A DNA stretch of 64,000 nt from Azolla caroliniana (Eukaryota > Plantae > Polypodiophyta), in contig JBHGNT010000016.1 in the NCBI GenBank assembly GCA_043228905.1, positions 4,278,001 to 4,342,000 of the forward strand. Reading direction: 5' to 3'. Within the stretch, counting starts at the first letter, position 1, and every line of letters starts with the position of its first letter. The notes under the pieces are model-generated. The model searched no databases and had not been told where the DNA came from. It worked only from the letters and a program-made list of their open reading frames with translations. A program made the position numbers and the translations under genes. This document shows, piece by piece, positions 12,681 to 26,118 of this stretch.

Positions 12681-15433
12681 TATGAATAGGCCCTGCTCCA
12701 AATGGAATCTTGTATTGTATGATTGTAGAAGAAGAAGAAAGGATGATGATCATATGATGAAGATGGATCCTGCATTATATGAGTCTAGAGGAAGAATACG
12801 AAGAGGAGGAAATGGTGGTGTTCATGTCGTCAAGATGAAACCTGTTATGTCCCTCTCCACTAAGGACGAGCTCGCACCTCTTGCACGTGCGCGACCTGTT
12901 TCCACGCCAGAGGCAAGTCTCTGATTTTGCATAATTTCAATATAAATTCTCCTTTTTTTAGCTAGTACCATGAAATGCCTTACTTGATTTAGGTTTTCTT
13001 TTGCGTCTTTTACCCATCCGTGGTTTGTCTATAACTTCAGAGTGCAAAGTGATTCAGAGATTTGTAATCCAAACGGCTCTATTTATACTAGGTTTAGTAA
13101 GGATGGTATAACTTCTAGAAGATAGACATAAATAGATGATGCCATCATTGATTATGATTGACATATGCTATGCCATATGTAGGCAATGATCACAGAATAT
13201 TTGTAGAAAATTTCTTTCTTTAAACTTGCAGGCAATTAATTACTTTTATTCCATGTTTGTGACATCCTGTGCGCATTAAACCTCCAACCACTATGCCATT
13301 TGACATATTATTGAGTACTTTTGTCCTCATAACTATTCCCCGACCCAACCAGTTGTGTTAGGTTCCAAGAATTTAGGATTAGAATCGGAATCACATGATT
13401 GCAATTAATAGTATTAACGGAAAGTTTTTGTATTTATAAACCAGGTTCTGTTTTTACCTTGCTCTTTTTGTCTTGTTATCGTGTGTAATGTCATGTTGGA
13501 CATACTGCATGCCATGGTGTAGAACACTGTTTAGAAATGATGAATTGATGACGGTGGGAGTATTAAAATTGTAAACCAATGTAGAAAAATATATAAGTGT
13601 GGCCCAAGTATCAGATTATGACATTAGACCATAACGTACAGGTGCACAATTAATATAACTTCAACAAGATAATGTTGTATTACATAAATAATTCAAGCAT
13701 TGTTATATACCTCATATTGGCATCTTTACGCATGATGGAATATGGATTTATTTCTTTTTCATAAGTAGCCAATGTAAGCGCAATAAATAAGGGAAAATGC
13801 TGAAAAATTGCAAGGAAAGAGTCACATGAATGAAGGAGAAGGGTGTGACCAAATCATCTTTGTGGGTTTGGCACATTTTCTGCCTTCTTTTTCCCTTTAT
13901 CTTCTTTTACTTTGTGACAGAGCATTTGTCCATCAGTATGTACCATAACTCAGTAGTATCATATAAATAATATTCTGGAGTCTTTGACTTGAAAACTCTT
14001 GATATTATCGAGAGAGAAAATGAAGAAGTTTAGGATCATTGTGAAAAGAGATTTGAGGTTCTTGAAGTGTGCTATTATAAATTTCAAAAACAATTCTGAA
14101 AAATTGCACTTTAAACCAACATTTCATTGATTATTTTCTGCTTAGAGTGATGTGAATGCTTCATTGTGCAAAAGCTCAGATTAATGAAGATCATATGACC
14201 ATGAGTATGCATTTATTTTATAGGTGCAAAAAGTACTGGATTCAATCAAATGGGATCAGAATGGTTTGGCCGTTGCCATTGCACAACATATCAATACTGG
14301 AGCAATTTTAATGCAAGGTTTTGTAAATTCTGATGCAGTGTCTGCAACGCTAGCATCTGGTCGGGCCACATTCTATAGTCGATCTCGTTCCTCACTTTGG
14401 ACGAAAGGAGAAACATCATCAAATTTTATCAATGTGAAAGATGTGTTCATGGATTGCGATCATGATTCAGTAAGTTTTGTTCTGACTACTTTGGCCATTA
14501 TAAACTACTTTGACGTTTTTTGCATTATCCAGGCATTGGGCATGTAAAAATCTTTGGGGCTTTTCTGAACAGAGCAGATAATTTATTTGGGGCTTCCTGA
14601 TGGACCATCATGTCACACTGGAGCTGAGACTTGCTATTTTACCTCAGTCTTTAAGGATTCAAACCAAGATGATCAGGTTAGTGAAGTATTTGTTTTGGCT
14701 TATATGCTTCCATATCATAACAATGTATGTAATATCTCTGAACTGCCCTGCAGTCCAATCCCCAACAGGCATTGACTACATTGTATTCTTTGGAGCATAC
14801 TATCAACAAAAGACGGAATGATTTATTGGCATCCAGGGCAGATGTGAAACCATCATGGACACAGAAGCTCCTAAAAAACCCGAGTCTTCTGTGCTCAAAA
14901 ATACGGTCTCTCTTTCTCTTTCTCTTTGATGTTTTCTTTTGTCATAAGAGGTACTTGTATTCATACGCAATATTAAGAATACCACCCTCATGATCACTGT
15001 CAAAACATTGAATGCACTAGACCATGGGAAAGGAAAAAACCAAAGAGAAAAAAAAGCAAAAAACGCAAAGAAAAAGACAAAAAGCAAAAGCCAAAATGCA
15101 AATAAAAAAAGAGCTAATGCCAGATGTGTACTTATCTATCCACATGCTAATTTTTGTTTGTCAAACATGGCAGCATTTACTTATTCATAGGTGTGCAAGT
15201 AAAAAAACATTGAAAATAGTGTTTTCCTCTGGTGTAGGGAAGAAGCCGATGAACTTTGCCGAACCGTTGAGGAAAATGAAGGCAAAGTGCGAACTGCATC
15301 TGAGATGGCAGATGTCCTCTATCATTCTATGGTTCTCCTCTCTGTACAAGATGTGAAATTCGAGGAAGTTTTAGAGGTTCTAAGAGCTCGATTTTCTAAA
15401 TCCGGAATTGAGGAGAAAAATAGCAGAAAATAG
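12503..15433 (+). CDS. HISN2: Bifunctional phosphoribosyl-AMP cyclohydrolase / phosphoribosyl-ATP pyrophosphatase (HisIE), plastid-targeted, ~330 aa, 6 exons
   Basis: Exons 12503-12579, 12690-12912, 14224-14469, 14578-14676, 14754-14905, 15238-15433 (993 nt, phase-consistent). HisI motifs FYSRSR..LWTKGETS, DCDHDS, GPSCHTG..TCYF; HisE motifs KIREEADEL, EMADVLYH. The two N-terminal transit-peptide exons are less certain. Confidence 0.93.
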
Positions 15434-16199
15434 ACCGAGTTGTTCTCTGATAGAAAAAGCACCAGTTTTGTTCGCTCAATTACTATGGTTACTTTGTGCT
15501 TTGTTTCTGAAGAAGTGATCTACGTTTAAAAATAAATAAGCAGCAATTATTTGTTGTTTATTTCATCGGAAGGTGAAAAGCTCTGTAGTATCATCAGATC
15601 TCAAAACTGTCTGTAATTTTGTTTTGATGGGAAATGTTTAATTGGTTAGGAAAAATAAAAATAGTGAGATTATTGAGAGTAAACTCGATATACAGAAGAG
15701 AAGTTGTATTGCTCGAATGTTGTAACTTAATGTTCAATGTAGCTTCATATGAAATTAATGGAGTCAAAGCAGGGTAACTAAATTCATACCTAGTAACAAT
15801 GTGAATCAAAGTAGGTTCATATCGTGTAATAATGTGGAAGATGATGAATAAGCATGATGGTGATTATACTGTGAAAATATTAGGGCTTCTTGAAATGCAG
15901 TGGAGGATTATTGTTTTTCAAAATGGTGGCATGTGGACATAGTAAATATCGGTTCTAGTGTTTTCTAGGTTACTTTGATATTTAATTGTTGTGTAATTAT
16001 TCATGTTGCACCTAAATGACGTACATCAGGTTATTTTAGAATGTTGATTGTTGGATGTTGATTGTTGGGTCCTCATGTGTGCGATATTGCTTCAATTATT
16101 ATTATTTAGAACCATGGTGATGTCCTTGTCCACGAACCAATTGGCTAATGGATTGAATGGATGTCTAAAAGTTAAGGGATAAGTTCATGTTTTGGAAGT

Positions 16200-16565
16200 A
16201 AGGATCTTCACCATTTCATGTATGCCAAAATGTTGTACAATGTATTATGGAACCTATGATATTATATTACTTGGTGTCATGGACACAAAACTGTGCATTT
16301 TGTTTTGCAACCTCGTTAATATTTGTTATGGAGAAAGAGGGATATTGGTTGCATGGAATCATTAAGTAACCCCTAAGTGCAATATAGGAAGTCACAATCT
16401 TCGCTATTTCACATACGTGGGAAGGTTGTACAAAGTATTAATTGCTTGCTATTGTTGCCATGGAAAGAAAAATGTGCATTTTGTTTTGCAGCCTCTTTGA
16501 TATTTGTTATGGAGAAAGGGATATGGGTTGCATAGAATCTTCTAGCAACCCCTTAGATGCAATTT
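16200..16565. repeat. Diverged tandem duplication (~180-bp period)
   Basis: TGTGCATTTTGTTTTGCA.CCTC.TT.ATATTTGTTATGGAGAAAG at ~16292 and ~16473. Confidence 0.75.
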
Positions 16566-17790
16566 TAGACTTATTTATGCATATTATGGATCATTGATTT
16601 TCATTAATGCAAGAGCTGTGTTTAGACTCACAACCATGGATATCTATTGTGTAATATTTAATTGAGAATGAGGGTATAACACATGGGAGGATTCATTGTG
16701 ACAATAATTGATGGACGTTTTCCACTTTGGATTCCTCTCTCTTCATGTGTTCAACACTTGGTTGTCTCATGGAAAGACTAACTCTCGTTATTTTTATAGA
16801 AGCCATCATCTAGTAGAAAGCCCTGTAACTTTTTGCAAAAAGATTTACTTGTGTCTTCTCTGTTATTATGTTGGCCTACAAAGGAGAGATTGTATTCTCA
16901 GTTTAATTGATTATTTTATTTGGGGGTCAAAGAGAAGTGAGATATAGTTGAGGCTCGATCTCAAAGAATTTTGGAGTTCGTTGAAGTGCAACAACTATTA
17001 TGCAGCTTGCCCAATTATGGGTTTATCTGACAACTACAAAATATTACATGGTCCTTCACCTCTACAAACATAAGAGCAATCATGGGTTGATTAGTGTTGA
17101 CGACATAAGTCACCGTATTTACAAGTAACTACTAATCTCGTGTATCATTGCTTCGTTGAGTCTCTTCGATGGTTATCATGAAAGGTTGAACAAGAATGAA
17201 AAGTGCATAATTCTTATTATGGATGGTGATAGATCTTAAAACATAGTTGGCATTCTAAATTGCGACTTGAAGTGAAGGTCTTCATTTGGAGAGTGTTGAT
17301 TGAGGGTTTACTACCTTCGAGATTAGTTCCAAAGAGACATGGACTAGCAATGGGCAATTGCTTCTTTTGCTTTGTCCAAGTGGAAGGTAATACACATAGT
17401 TTCATACAATGTTCAATTGCTTGTCAAATTTGGAGTGACATTTCTCGAATTTGGCAAATTTTATTACGGTGTTATTTGATGTTAAGACAATGGGTGTTTG
17501 CACAATTGATCCAAAATTAGAAATGGAAATCATTTTCCTATTTTGGAGGTATTAGGGACTGCATTATGATTGGGATATGCCCAATGCTTTTGTATTGATT
17601 GGTAGGCATGGAGTGAAAGCATATTTACGAAAGTTGAAGGGAGTACTAATGTGACAATTTTCTTTATTGGTGCAAGTAGATATTCTTTCCTCGATACAAT
17701 GTTCGCCTTGCCTATTGGCAATTCAACATGTTCCACAATTTGTGTAGTGGTGACCAGACTCCATTATGATACCCATGTAAGTAGTGTTCT
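16540..17790 (+). mobile_element. Degenerate L1-type LINE, ORF2 3' portion (zf-RVT)
   Basis: ORF 17260-17520 VKVFIWRV...LP...RHGL...CFFC...E...H.FIQC.IA.QIW matches the zf-RVT pattern; homologous to 1730-2985. Confidence 0.7.
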
Positions 17791-17899
17791 CCACACACAT
17801 TTTTATGATTGTGTGTTTTCATTCATACATACATACATATATTGTGTGTGTGAGAGAGACATAGGTAAACATGGAGTCGGCTATGATGCATGATGATTC

Positions 17900-19620
17900 C
17901 ATTTTATCAATGTTCAATGAGATGTGGTGTTTTCAAACTACTTTGCTACTTGTTTGTAGGTTTGGGATCATTCATTTGACATGCAAAAATCCTTCTTTGG
18001 CAATCGCCATTCCGTTTCAACTCTTCAATCTTGCTTCAATGTCACTTTGATTCTCCCATTGAGCAAATTGCGGTGAACGTTTCTCAACAAGTGGATTGCA
18101 TGAGATATAATTCTACGAAACATTAAGAGCCCAAAGACAATGAGGTTATCTTCAATAGTTTTCATAAGGCCCCTTTAGGTATAATGCGTTATTAATACAT
18201 GCACCACGATATGAGGAGCTTTTGGATATCCAAAGTCAATTGCAAGGCATTATTTTTCAATTGTAATTGTCAACGTTACCATCATGCTAAGATGTGACAA
18301 CTTAAGCATGGACTAATCAATGCCAATCACATTTGTTTTCTCAAGCATCTAATGTAGTAAATGTGAAACAAGGGGATGTCATTGTAGTGGATCCAGCTAC
18401 AATAGTTGCTATATGTGTTCATTACTTTAAGGAGTTTCTTGGCTCACAATTGTTCATGATGCACCAAAAGTCTAGGTCCTGTCGTGCACCCTTGACCTCC
18501 TATATAAATTCACTTTCTCTAATGTAGCTCAATTGAATACATGCATCATGCTATGAAGAACTTTTGGGTATCCAAAGTCAATTGCAACACATTATTTTCA
18601 ATTGTAATTGTCAAAGTTATCATCATGCTAAGATGTGACAATTCAAGCATGGACTTAAAGGTAATCAATGCCAATCGCATGTGTTTTCTCAAGCATCTAA
18701 TGTTCTAAATGTGAAACAAGGGGATGTCATTGTAGTGGATCCGGCTACAATAGTTGCTATATGTGTTCATTACTTTAAGGAGTTTCTTGGCTCGCAATTG
18801 ATCATGATGCACCAAAAGTCTAGGTCCTTTCGTGCGTCCTTGACCTCCTCCTATATAAATTCACTTTCTCCAAAGTAGGCCAATTGTATACATGCACCAC
18901 GATATGAGGAGCTTTTGGATATCCAAAGTCAATTGCAACACATTATTTTCAATTGTAATGTCAAGGTTATCATTGTGCTAAGATGTGACAACTCAAGGAT
19001 GGGCTTAAAGGTAATCAATATCAATCACGTTTGTTTTCTCAAGCATTGCATCATATCTATGATTCAATCTAATGTGGTAAATGTGGAACAAGGGGATGTC
19101 ATTATAGTGGATACGACTACAATAGTTGCTATATGTGTTCATTACTTTAAGGAGTTTCTTGGCTCACAATAGTTCATGATGCATGAGGTTATTAAAGAAC
19201 CATGAATGTTATGATGTTGTTGGATGTATTGTGCATGACCCCTCAGTAATGAATCATAGGAAGATCTCACTGAGGATAAGATGGATATGGATTTAAGTAG
19301 CTTCTTAACAGAAAGAGGCCTAATTGGGATGACTTGACACATGAGGTTTTCAAGCAATATTTCAACATTTTAAAGGGACCCAAACTTTGATGTTCCAACT
19401 TGTTGGGATTTGGTTGTACGCCTCAAGCTAGAAAGGTTGGCTTCATGAAATTAGGCCCAAAGGTAGCATCACTTGAGACGTTTCATCAATGGTAACCTAT
19501 TGTTTGGAAAGGGGGGTTGTACAATACATTCACAAAGGTCTTGGCAAATAGATTAGAAAAGTATTTGTCAAAGTTAATACCCAACCCAATATGGTTTCAC
19601 GTGCTTTATCTGTGAGCTTT
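17900..19620 (+). mobile_element. Degenerate L1 LINE ORF2 (pre-RT and RT start)
   Basis: Remnants DP..IVAICVHYFKEFLG and LYNTFTKVLANRL...LI...Q.GF, typical of the LINE RT N-terminus; heavily disrupted. Confidence 0.55.
18195..19180. repeat. Three tandem ~345-bp copies inside the LINE remnant
   Basis: ATACATGCA.CA.G.TATGA.GA.CTTTTGG.TATCCAAAGTCAATTGCAA starts at ~18195, ~18537 and ~18888. Confidence 0.9.
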
Positions 19621-21801
19621 CCAATTTGTGGTTTCCTTGAGGAAGAATAAAGGTCTCAAGTATATCATAGTGAAACTCCAATTAATAAGTTTGCAAAACA
19701 AACAATAGTACTTTTAGTGACATGCAACAACTATTGTCGTTTCAACCAACAAAGTGTCTTTTTTCTCTTTGGTGAAGCTGACAATTAAAATCCACCTTGT
19801 AGTTTAAACCAACAAAATGTAACAAAAGAGAAAGCACACTCTTGTTTTGTGGCAAAAAGCTCCCTAAAGAAATGGAAATGTGGGCCAGTCTATGTAAGCA
19901 CTAGTGGAGAATTATGGGCTTCAAGGCACTCCATTGATGTCGGATCTAACTAGCAGACAACGATGATAATTGAGGTCAAGCTCACGAGGGGATAAAAATC
20001 AACGGTTTGAAATAATCGACAACTAAATGGGGACCTTTGGAGAGCATGTGACCACAAAAAGAAAACCAATGATCATGCATTGTCCCAAAGGTAGTGCTCT
20101 ACATCACATGTAATCTCTCGTTAGACAATCAATAGCAAATATATTTAATAATCAGGCATGACTATTTGAAAACATTAAATATGGATGTAGGTTTTTCACG
20201 ACAAAAGGCAAATTATGAGATCAATTAGATGTATGATGGTTCAAAATCAAGGAATGTAAACACCTATCACTTTATCTTGCATTTTTTGTATGAGATCCAA
20301 AGGAACTTTTTGAACCGGTGATGATTTGTGGGGTTTAGTAGGGATGAATAGTTCACAACAAAGAATGGTTTTATATGCTTGTGTTATTCTTGTCCTTGTC
20401 TTGTCCAATGTTTTAAGAGAGGATGGTTAAATGGTTTTATCATCTTTATTACTTTACAACCAAATTTAAGCTTGCACAAGAATTTACACAAATGATTCCA
20501 TGTGTGTGTGCACAACAATGATTCCATGTGTGTGAACCACAATGATTCCATATGTTTGTGCTTTGTGAACCACAATAAACATGCAGAATGATTTTTAATG
20601 TAAACAATTCCTCATATATTGTGAGCAAACATGCCATAATATGAAAATTGGAATATTATATTGCAAATGTTAACCTCCCATGTTGGCCCCAATACAAAGC
20701 AAAAATGTGCCAAAATGTATCCAACTACAATCTTATCACCCGCACTAGCCTTGGTTCTTGGAGAGAGTTGAGACTTCTTCAAACTTGTTCACACTAGTTA
20801 GGTGTTTAGGTAGTATCATGCCATCATCACCATAGTATGAATATATGCAATGCATGTCTAAAAACATAGCAAAGGATGAATATATTACTTCTAATGTGCC
20901 AAGATTGTCCGTACCAATTGTCAAAGTTGGACTCCTTGTTGATGACGAAAAATCTATCGTATTCTCTCTCATCACTTCTATGTGAGAGAGGGTGTTTGGA
21001 GATACAAGACGTAATCTCTCAATGCGCTAGAGGAAGCTTGCATATGTGTGCACCATACTTTTTCACAATGTTTCCCTTGAAAACCGTACACACATTACCC
21101 ATTCAACTACAATGTGGCGTCCTTGATTTCAAACATCTATTAGAGAGATTCTTGAGACATTGGGACTTGTTGCATATCAAGAGGCATATAAGGTCCAAGT
21201 ATTGAAACAAGAAGTCATGGATAAATAAATAAATAAATCAATAAATATCACAATTCACTTTGTCACCATAGATTAAATTTTGACATCTATCCCAGCATAA
21301 TAATGAGGGGGACGAGGTGGGTTTTCGGAGAATGGGGGGTGGGGGGGGGATCAGATAAGGGTCAGGAGGTGGGTGGGCCGGGCAATTGGCAAGAGATGAA
21401 TGATAAGGTGTGTGTGTGTATACATATAGGTATAGGTAGGTGTGGGTATTAAGGTACACTAGATTTGCAATGATTCGAGATTGGACGAAAGGTAGCAAGC
21501 TAGTAGAATTTGGGTTGGGAGGGGCCGGCCGATCTAATATGCGTATGTAAAAGGGGAGGGTTGGGGGGGGGGATAGATGATTGGGTCGGGGAGAGGATAG
21601 ATAAGATCCATTGGACGGTCTCGATTCTGTTGGGATCCCTAGGTGCAATCCATGGGTCGGGTCGGGTCGGGTGGAGACAAGAGGGGATTATTTGTCCGTC
21701 TGTCCAGACAACCGAGCCGATCTGAGCTGAACCCAGCTGAACCCAGCAAAACCGAACGGAGCCGAGCCGAACCGAACCGAACCGGTGGGGGGGGGGGGAG
21801 G

Positions 21802-22506
21802 TCAGTAGGGGCGCTGGCCAATGTAGTTGCCGGGCGGGTAGTAGTTGCAGGTCATGAAGATCTTGCCGTCGGCGCAGGTGACCCGGGCGCAGCCGACGTA
21901 CCTGGACGTCTTCCACACCATCTGCGTGTAGTGGCCGCAGGCGTCGTAGAACCTGCAGCTGTTGGAGGCGTAGTCGTACCAGCGCTTCTCGCCGGCCCAG
22001 TCGCTGACGGCGTCCACCGGCGACCACGGCTTCCCGCTCCCCCAGAATATGTTCTCTCCGTACGGGCCCCCCGAGTGGTGCAGCAGGCAGTCCCCGTACG
22101 CCGCGTTCTGGTTGGCCCACCACTGCGCGTAGCCCGCCAGCTGCCGGTTCCACGCCAGCGGCGGCACCCCCACCTCCGCCCGCGCCCGGTTCTGGATGCC
22201 TAGGAACGCCTGGGGCAACTGGGAGCTCAGGTCATCGTAGAACCTGCCTCCTCCTCCTCCTCCGCCGCCGCCATTGTAGCCGCTTGTCGTGGCCGCCGCC
22301 GCCGCCTCCACCGCAGAATCTGAGAGCTGCTCAGCCTGCGCCGTCGTCGTCGCCGTCATAGAAGACGGCGGCTCCGTCCCCCCTACTGAGGAGACGGAGA
22401 CGATGAGTAGTAGGAATGGAAAACACAGAGAGATTAAGAAGAGGGTGTGAAATCGAGGCCCGAAAGGCCGAGATCTCGGCACCCGATAATCGAGCCCCAT
22501 GTACAT
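21802..22506 (-). CDS. PR1: Pathogenesis-related protein 1 family (CAP/SCP domain), secreted, intronless, 234 aa
   Basis: Hydrophobic signal segment, then QNRARAEVGVPPLAWN, HSGGPYGENIFWG, CGHYTQMVW, VGCARV.C and C-terminal CNYYPPGNYIGQRPY. Start may be 22506 or 22500. Confidence 0.95.
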   Translation of the reverse strand: MYMGLDYRVPRSRPFGPRFHTLFLISLCFPFLLLIVSVSSVGGTEPPSSMTATTTAQAEQLSDSAVEAAAAATTSGYNGGGGGGGGGRFYDDLSSQLPQAFLGIQNRARAEVGVPPLAWNRQLAGYAQWWANQNAAYGDCLLHHSGGPYGENIFWGSGKPWSPVDAVSDWAGEKRWYDYASNSCRFYDACGHYTQMVWKTSRYVGCARVTCADGKIFMTCNYYPPGNYIGQRPY

Positions 22507-22627
22507 GTATGTATGTATGTATGTATATGTGTGTGAGAATTCCTCTCAGGTGAAGAAGGGCCTGGAATGGGCAGCCTTTAAGCTTCCTAGATCAACAATT
22601 CTGATCTTCATTCCCCTACATATACAT

Positions 22628-22667
<40 letters not shown>

Positions 22668-22670
22668 GTG
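22503..22670. repeat. (TATG)n, (CA)n and (TA)n microsatellites flanking the PR1 start
   Basis: Directly visible. Confidence 0.85.
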
Positions 22671-24053
22671 TAGTGTGGGATTGATCATATATAATGATGG
22701 AAGTAGTGAGGAGGTAAGTGTAAATGTGATAGAAAAAGGAAGGAGACTGGATGTGTGTTATGTGTAATAAAGAGATTGAGGATGGTGGTTTGGGTGGTTG
22801 GGTGGATCGATCTCTTTCTTCTTTTACCCCCCTCTCCCTCCAATGTATAGTATAGATAGATATATGTACATATAGGTCCATCACATATTATAACTTAACT
22901 TTTAACTAACACACTACATATACATATGTATGTATAATAATATACACATGTACGTATTTTTTTGTTTGCTGCTTTGTTGTCTTTTTTGGTGGGGGGGAGG
23001 AGGAAGGGCCATAAAAAAGAAAGAAAAGGCTTTGGTTGGGGGAGGAGGGTTTCTTCCCTTATTCCTCTTCTTCTTTTGCCACCACCACTACCACATTCAT
23101 TCACATTTACTCCTCTCTCTCTTTCTGTCTCTATATGTATGTATGTATCTATCTCTATACAAAGTTCAAACTACTCTATTCCAATTGTTTTTTATATAGC
23201 CTTTAATACACATTTTCTACCTTTCCTTTCATTCATGTTTTATTTTCGGTCCTTTAATAAGAGAGAGAGAGAGAGAGCGAGTGAGTGAGAGTTAGAGAGA
23301 GAACACAGGCAAGTTTTCACACATCCATTCTTTAGTAGTAGTAGTAGCAGTTATAAACAAGCAAGTGTTTGTGTACGTTTTTAGTATCATACTTTTGCTC
23401 CTTCACCTTCTGTATTGCTTCAATAGATGTACATACATACATATTTCCCTCTCTCTTTTTCTCCTTGTCTTTAGATATATATATATATATATATATATTA
23501 TATTCTAGTCCTCCTTTTGAGTTGTCCCCAAGGAGAAGTGACAATGTGAATGATACATCTAGACAAGAAAGAGAGAATAGTTCACAGAAAAAAAAGAACA
23601 AGAAAGAAAAGAAAGAAAAGCAGACAAACGAATCCCAAATTGTCAATGTGACGCCAAAATTCATCCCAGCAAAATCATTGCTTATATTTCATAGAACCAC
23701 TTTACTCCAGCTCTAAATTTCACATGTACATAATAATTACACGAATGTGTTGGTTGCTTTGAAGCATTCAGTGAATGGGTTCCACTATCGAGCAATGGAT
23801 TTGTTGCTGATATTTGTACAGACTCTTTATGATGAGTCGGATGTTGTGTGCATTAAAAAGACTCTTCATTATTTCTAGGCTATGACCGTGTACCATCCAA
23901 CCAGGGTCTCCTTAAAAAATGTCTATAGACATGTTTGTCTTGAAAATGACAGTATTGCCCTTCATTGGTAGTGCGATAAACAATGAAAACAATGGTATTG
24001 TAGTGCAATCACTTGTGGTACAACCAAATTCACCTAAAAGCTAGAGTCGATCG

Positions 24054-24118
24054 CAAGTAGATTGAATCATTTTAGACATAAAGATCACAAGTAGATTGAA
24101 TCATTTTAGACATAAAGT
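24054..24118. repeat. Short tandem duplication
   Basis: CAAGTAGATTGAATCATTTT(T)AGACATAAAG occurs twice. Confidence 0.85.
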
Positions 24119-25489
24119 CTAGAATAGAAGAGAGGGGATTGATGCATGCACAACACGACTACTCCAATACTTGTTCCTTGATTCAAATGCCATTTCTCGA
24201 GAGGCTTGAAACAATTATCTTAGTGGTCAATATATTGAGGTCAAGTGATTCCCTATCATTTTGCTTGGTGAACAATATTCCGTAAAACCCATCATCTTCA
24301 TATTAAGGAATGCATGAGGAATGCATGGACATATGCTTAGCAATAAGACAATTAAGATGGAATCTGAAACAATATATGGTATTATACATTGTGCTTTAAG
24401 TGGGATTACAAGACGGGTTTGTTACAATGACAGCTATGTCTCATGTGCACCTTAGTGATCAAATGTAGATACAACTCAAAGGATGAAGTTGATATCCTAA
24501 CCTTCGAATATTGCCTAAAGTTATTTGTACACAACATGGAGTTATTTTAAACACCTAGCCCATCTACCATAATGAATGTGCACAACCTCCTATTCTTCAC
24601 ATGTGTGGATTGTTAGCAATTGTTGATATCCAATGCACTCCCACAATAACTTTATTTACATCAATTGCATTGTCAACCAATTTGATCTAAAATCCACTTG
24701 ATTGTTTTATATCGTGAACTCTCCCTTTATTCTATGTAAGCTCATGCATAACGTAGGTCCTAGTGTGTTAAAAAATATTTGCACTATCACCCTTTATTAG
24801 GCAATACTCCAACTTCACCCTCTCAATTGAAACGAGCTCTTATTTGAAGTGGCATTGGATCTCTGATATGCTTGGTGAGAGGAATAATTGACGACTCGAC
24901 TAGGCTCAATGGGCCTCAAGTCGATTGAAAAAGCAAAGTTGGAGTTGACATAAGTTGTTAAACCAATGAAGCTGAGTTGAGTCAAACAAACTTAAGCCAC
25001 TTAAGCAGAACCAAGCCTGAGCCAATTTGATCTTGAGTTGCCCTTAAGCCATGCCTTTTAGGCTTGAATAGTTTGGAAATCGCAATTGGGAAGGAAACAA
25101 GGGTGAGAGTGAAGGAAATGGTGTTAAGGTGGTGGAAAGGTTGAGTGCTTGATCTGAGCCAAGCCGAGAGGGAAATCAAATCTTGAATTCAAGTCGAGTT
25201 GCTTTGAGATGAGGTTACATTGCTTTGTTGATTCCTACTTGAATTCCTTGTGATAATTGTTAGCAATTTTTCTCTCCTATGGTAGAAGTCAACAGTCGAA
25301 GTCGAGGAAGAAGTCGGCGGTCGAATCAACAAGGCGAATATAGAATGGTCAATTGGTTTGAAGGCGATAGAGAGTTACCTATGATAATCGACTACATTGG
25401 ATGGATGCTCTAAGTTGAGACAAGGCCGACAAGTCGGGCCAACCGGATGGTCAAAGACAAGGCCGATAAGTCCGCCCGATTAATTATTA

Positions 25490-25946
25490 TGTTTAGAATC
25501 AAGCTCAACATAGTGCAACGTGTGAACACACCTTTTGAGAATCCATGATTACTCAAAGGTCAAGAGTCACACCACTACTCTCTACACATTAACTATGTGT
25601 CATAGAATCATGTTCTATGACACATAACTAATGAGTTACATATTCCCCATGACTATGAGTCTTCACATTCCCCAAGAGAGAGAGTGGTTGTTGTAAAGTT
25701 AATGAAGAGAGAGGGTGATTCTATATAAAGCACCCTCCTCATACTTCATACTAAGTCGGTTGTGACTCCTTGTAATGCTACATTTTCATTTATCATATTC
25801 TCCTTGTTAATATACATCTCCTTCTTCTTGAGTACTTCATTTTGTCTCTTATCCATCTTGTGTTTCTCTCCTCTCCTCTTTCCTCTCACACATACACATA
25901 ACACACATCTCTTCCGCTACACAAGAATCACCATTGATTCTTTACA
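25490..25946 (+). repeat. Copia-1 5' LTR
   Basis: TG...CA; about 9 mismatches to 30395-30851 by eye. Confidence 0.95.
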
Positions 25947-26118
25947 TGGTATTTGAGCGATTTGGTAGCTCGATCTAGCCCACTTGCCTCATCGTGATTG
26001 TGTGTTGTGCTCTACGTCGACGTTCAAGAAGAACCGGGTCATCACTATCGTAGTGCGACTACATAGCTCGTGTTCAAGAGAGAAGGAAAAGAAAAGAAGG
26101 AAGAAATCTACATCGACA

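Noticed and set aside
12631-12689. ATG at 12631 as the HISN2 start
   Set aside because: It lies in a (CTTT)n pyrimidine tract ending in an AG acceptor; the upstream exon 12503-12579 splices in phase.
4041-15433. G6PD + HISN2 as a metabolic gene cluster (pentose phosphate to PRPP to histidine)
   Set aside because: Only two adjacent housekeeping genes in different compartments, with no shared regulatory evidence; synteny data would be needed.
21500-22203. 217-aa and 186-aa ORFs overlapping PR1
   Set aside because: Alternative-frame and antisense artefacts of extreme GC3 and 3'UTR repeats.
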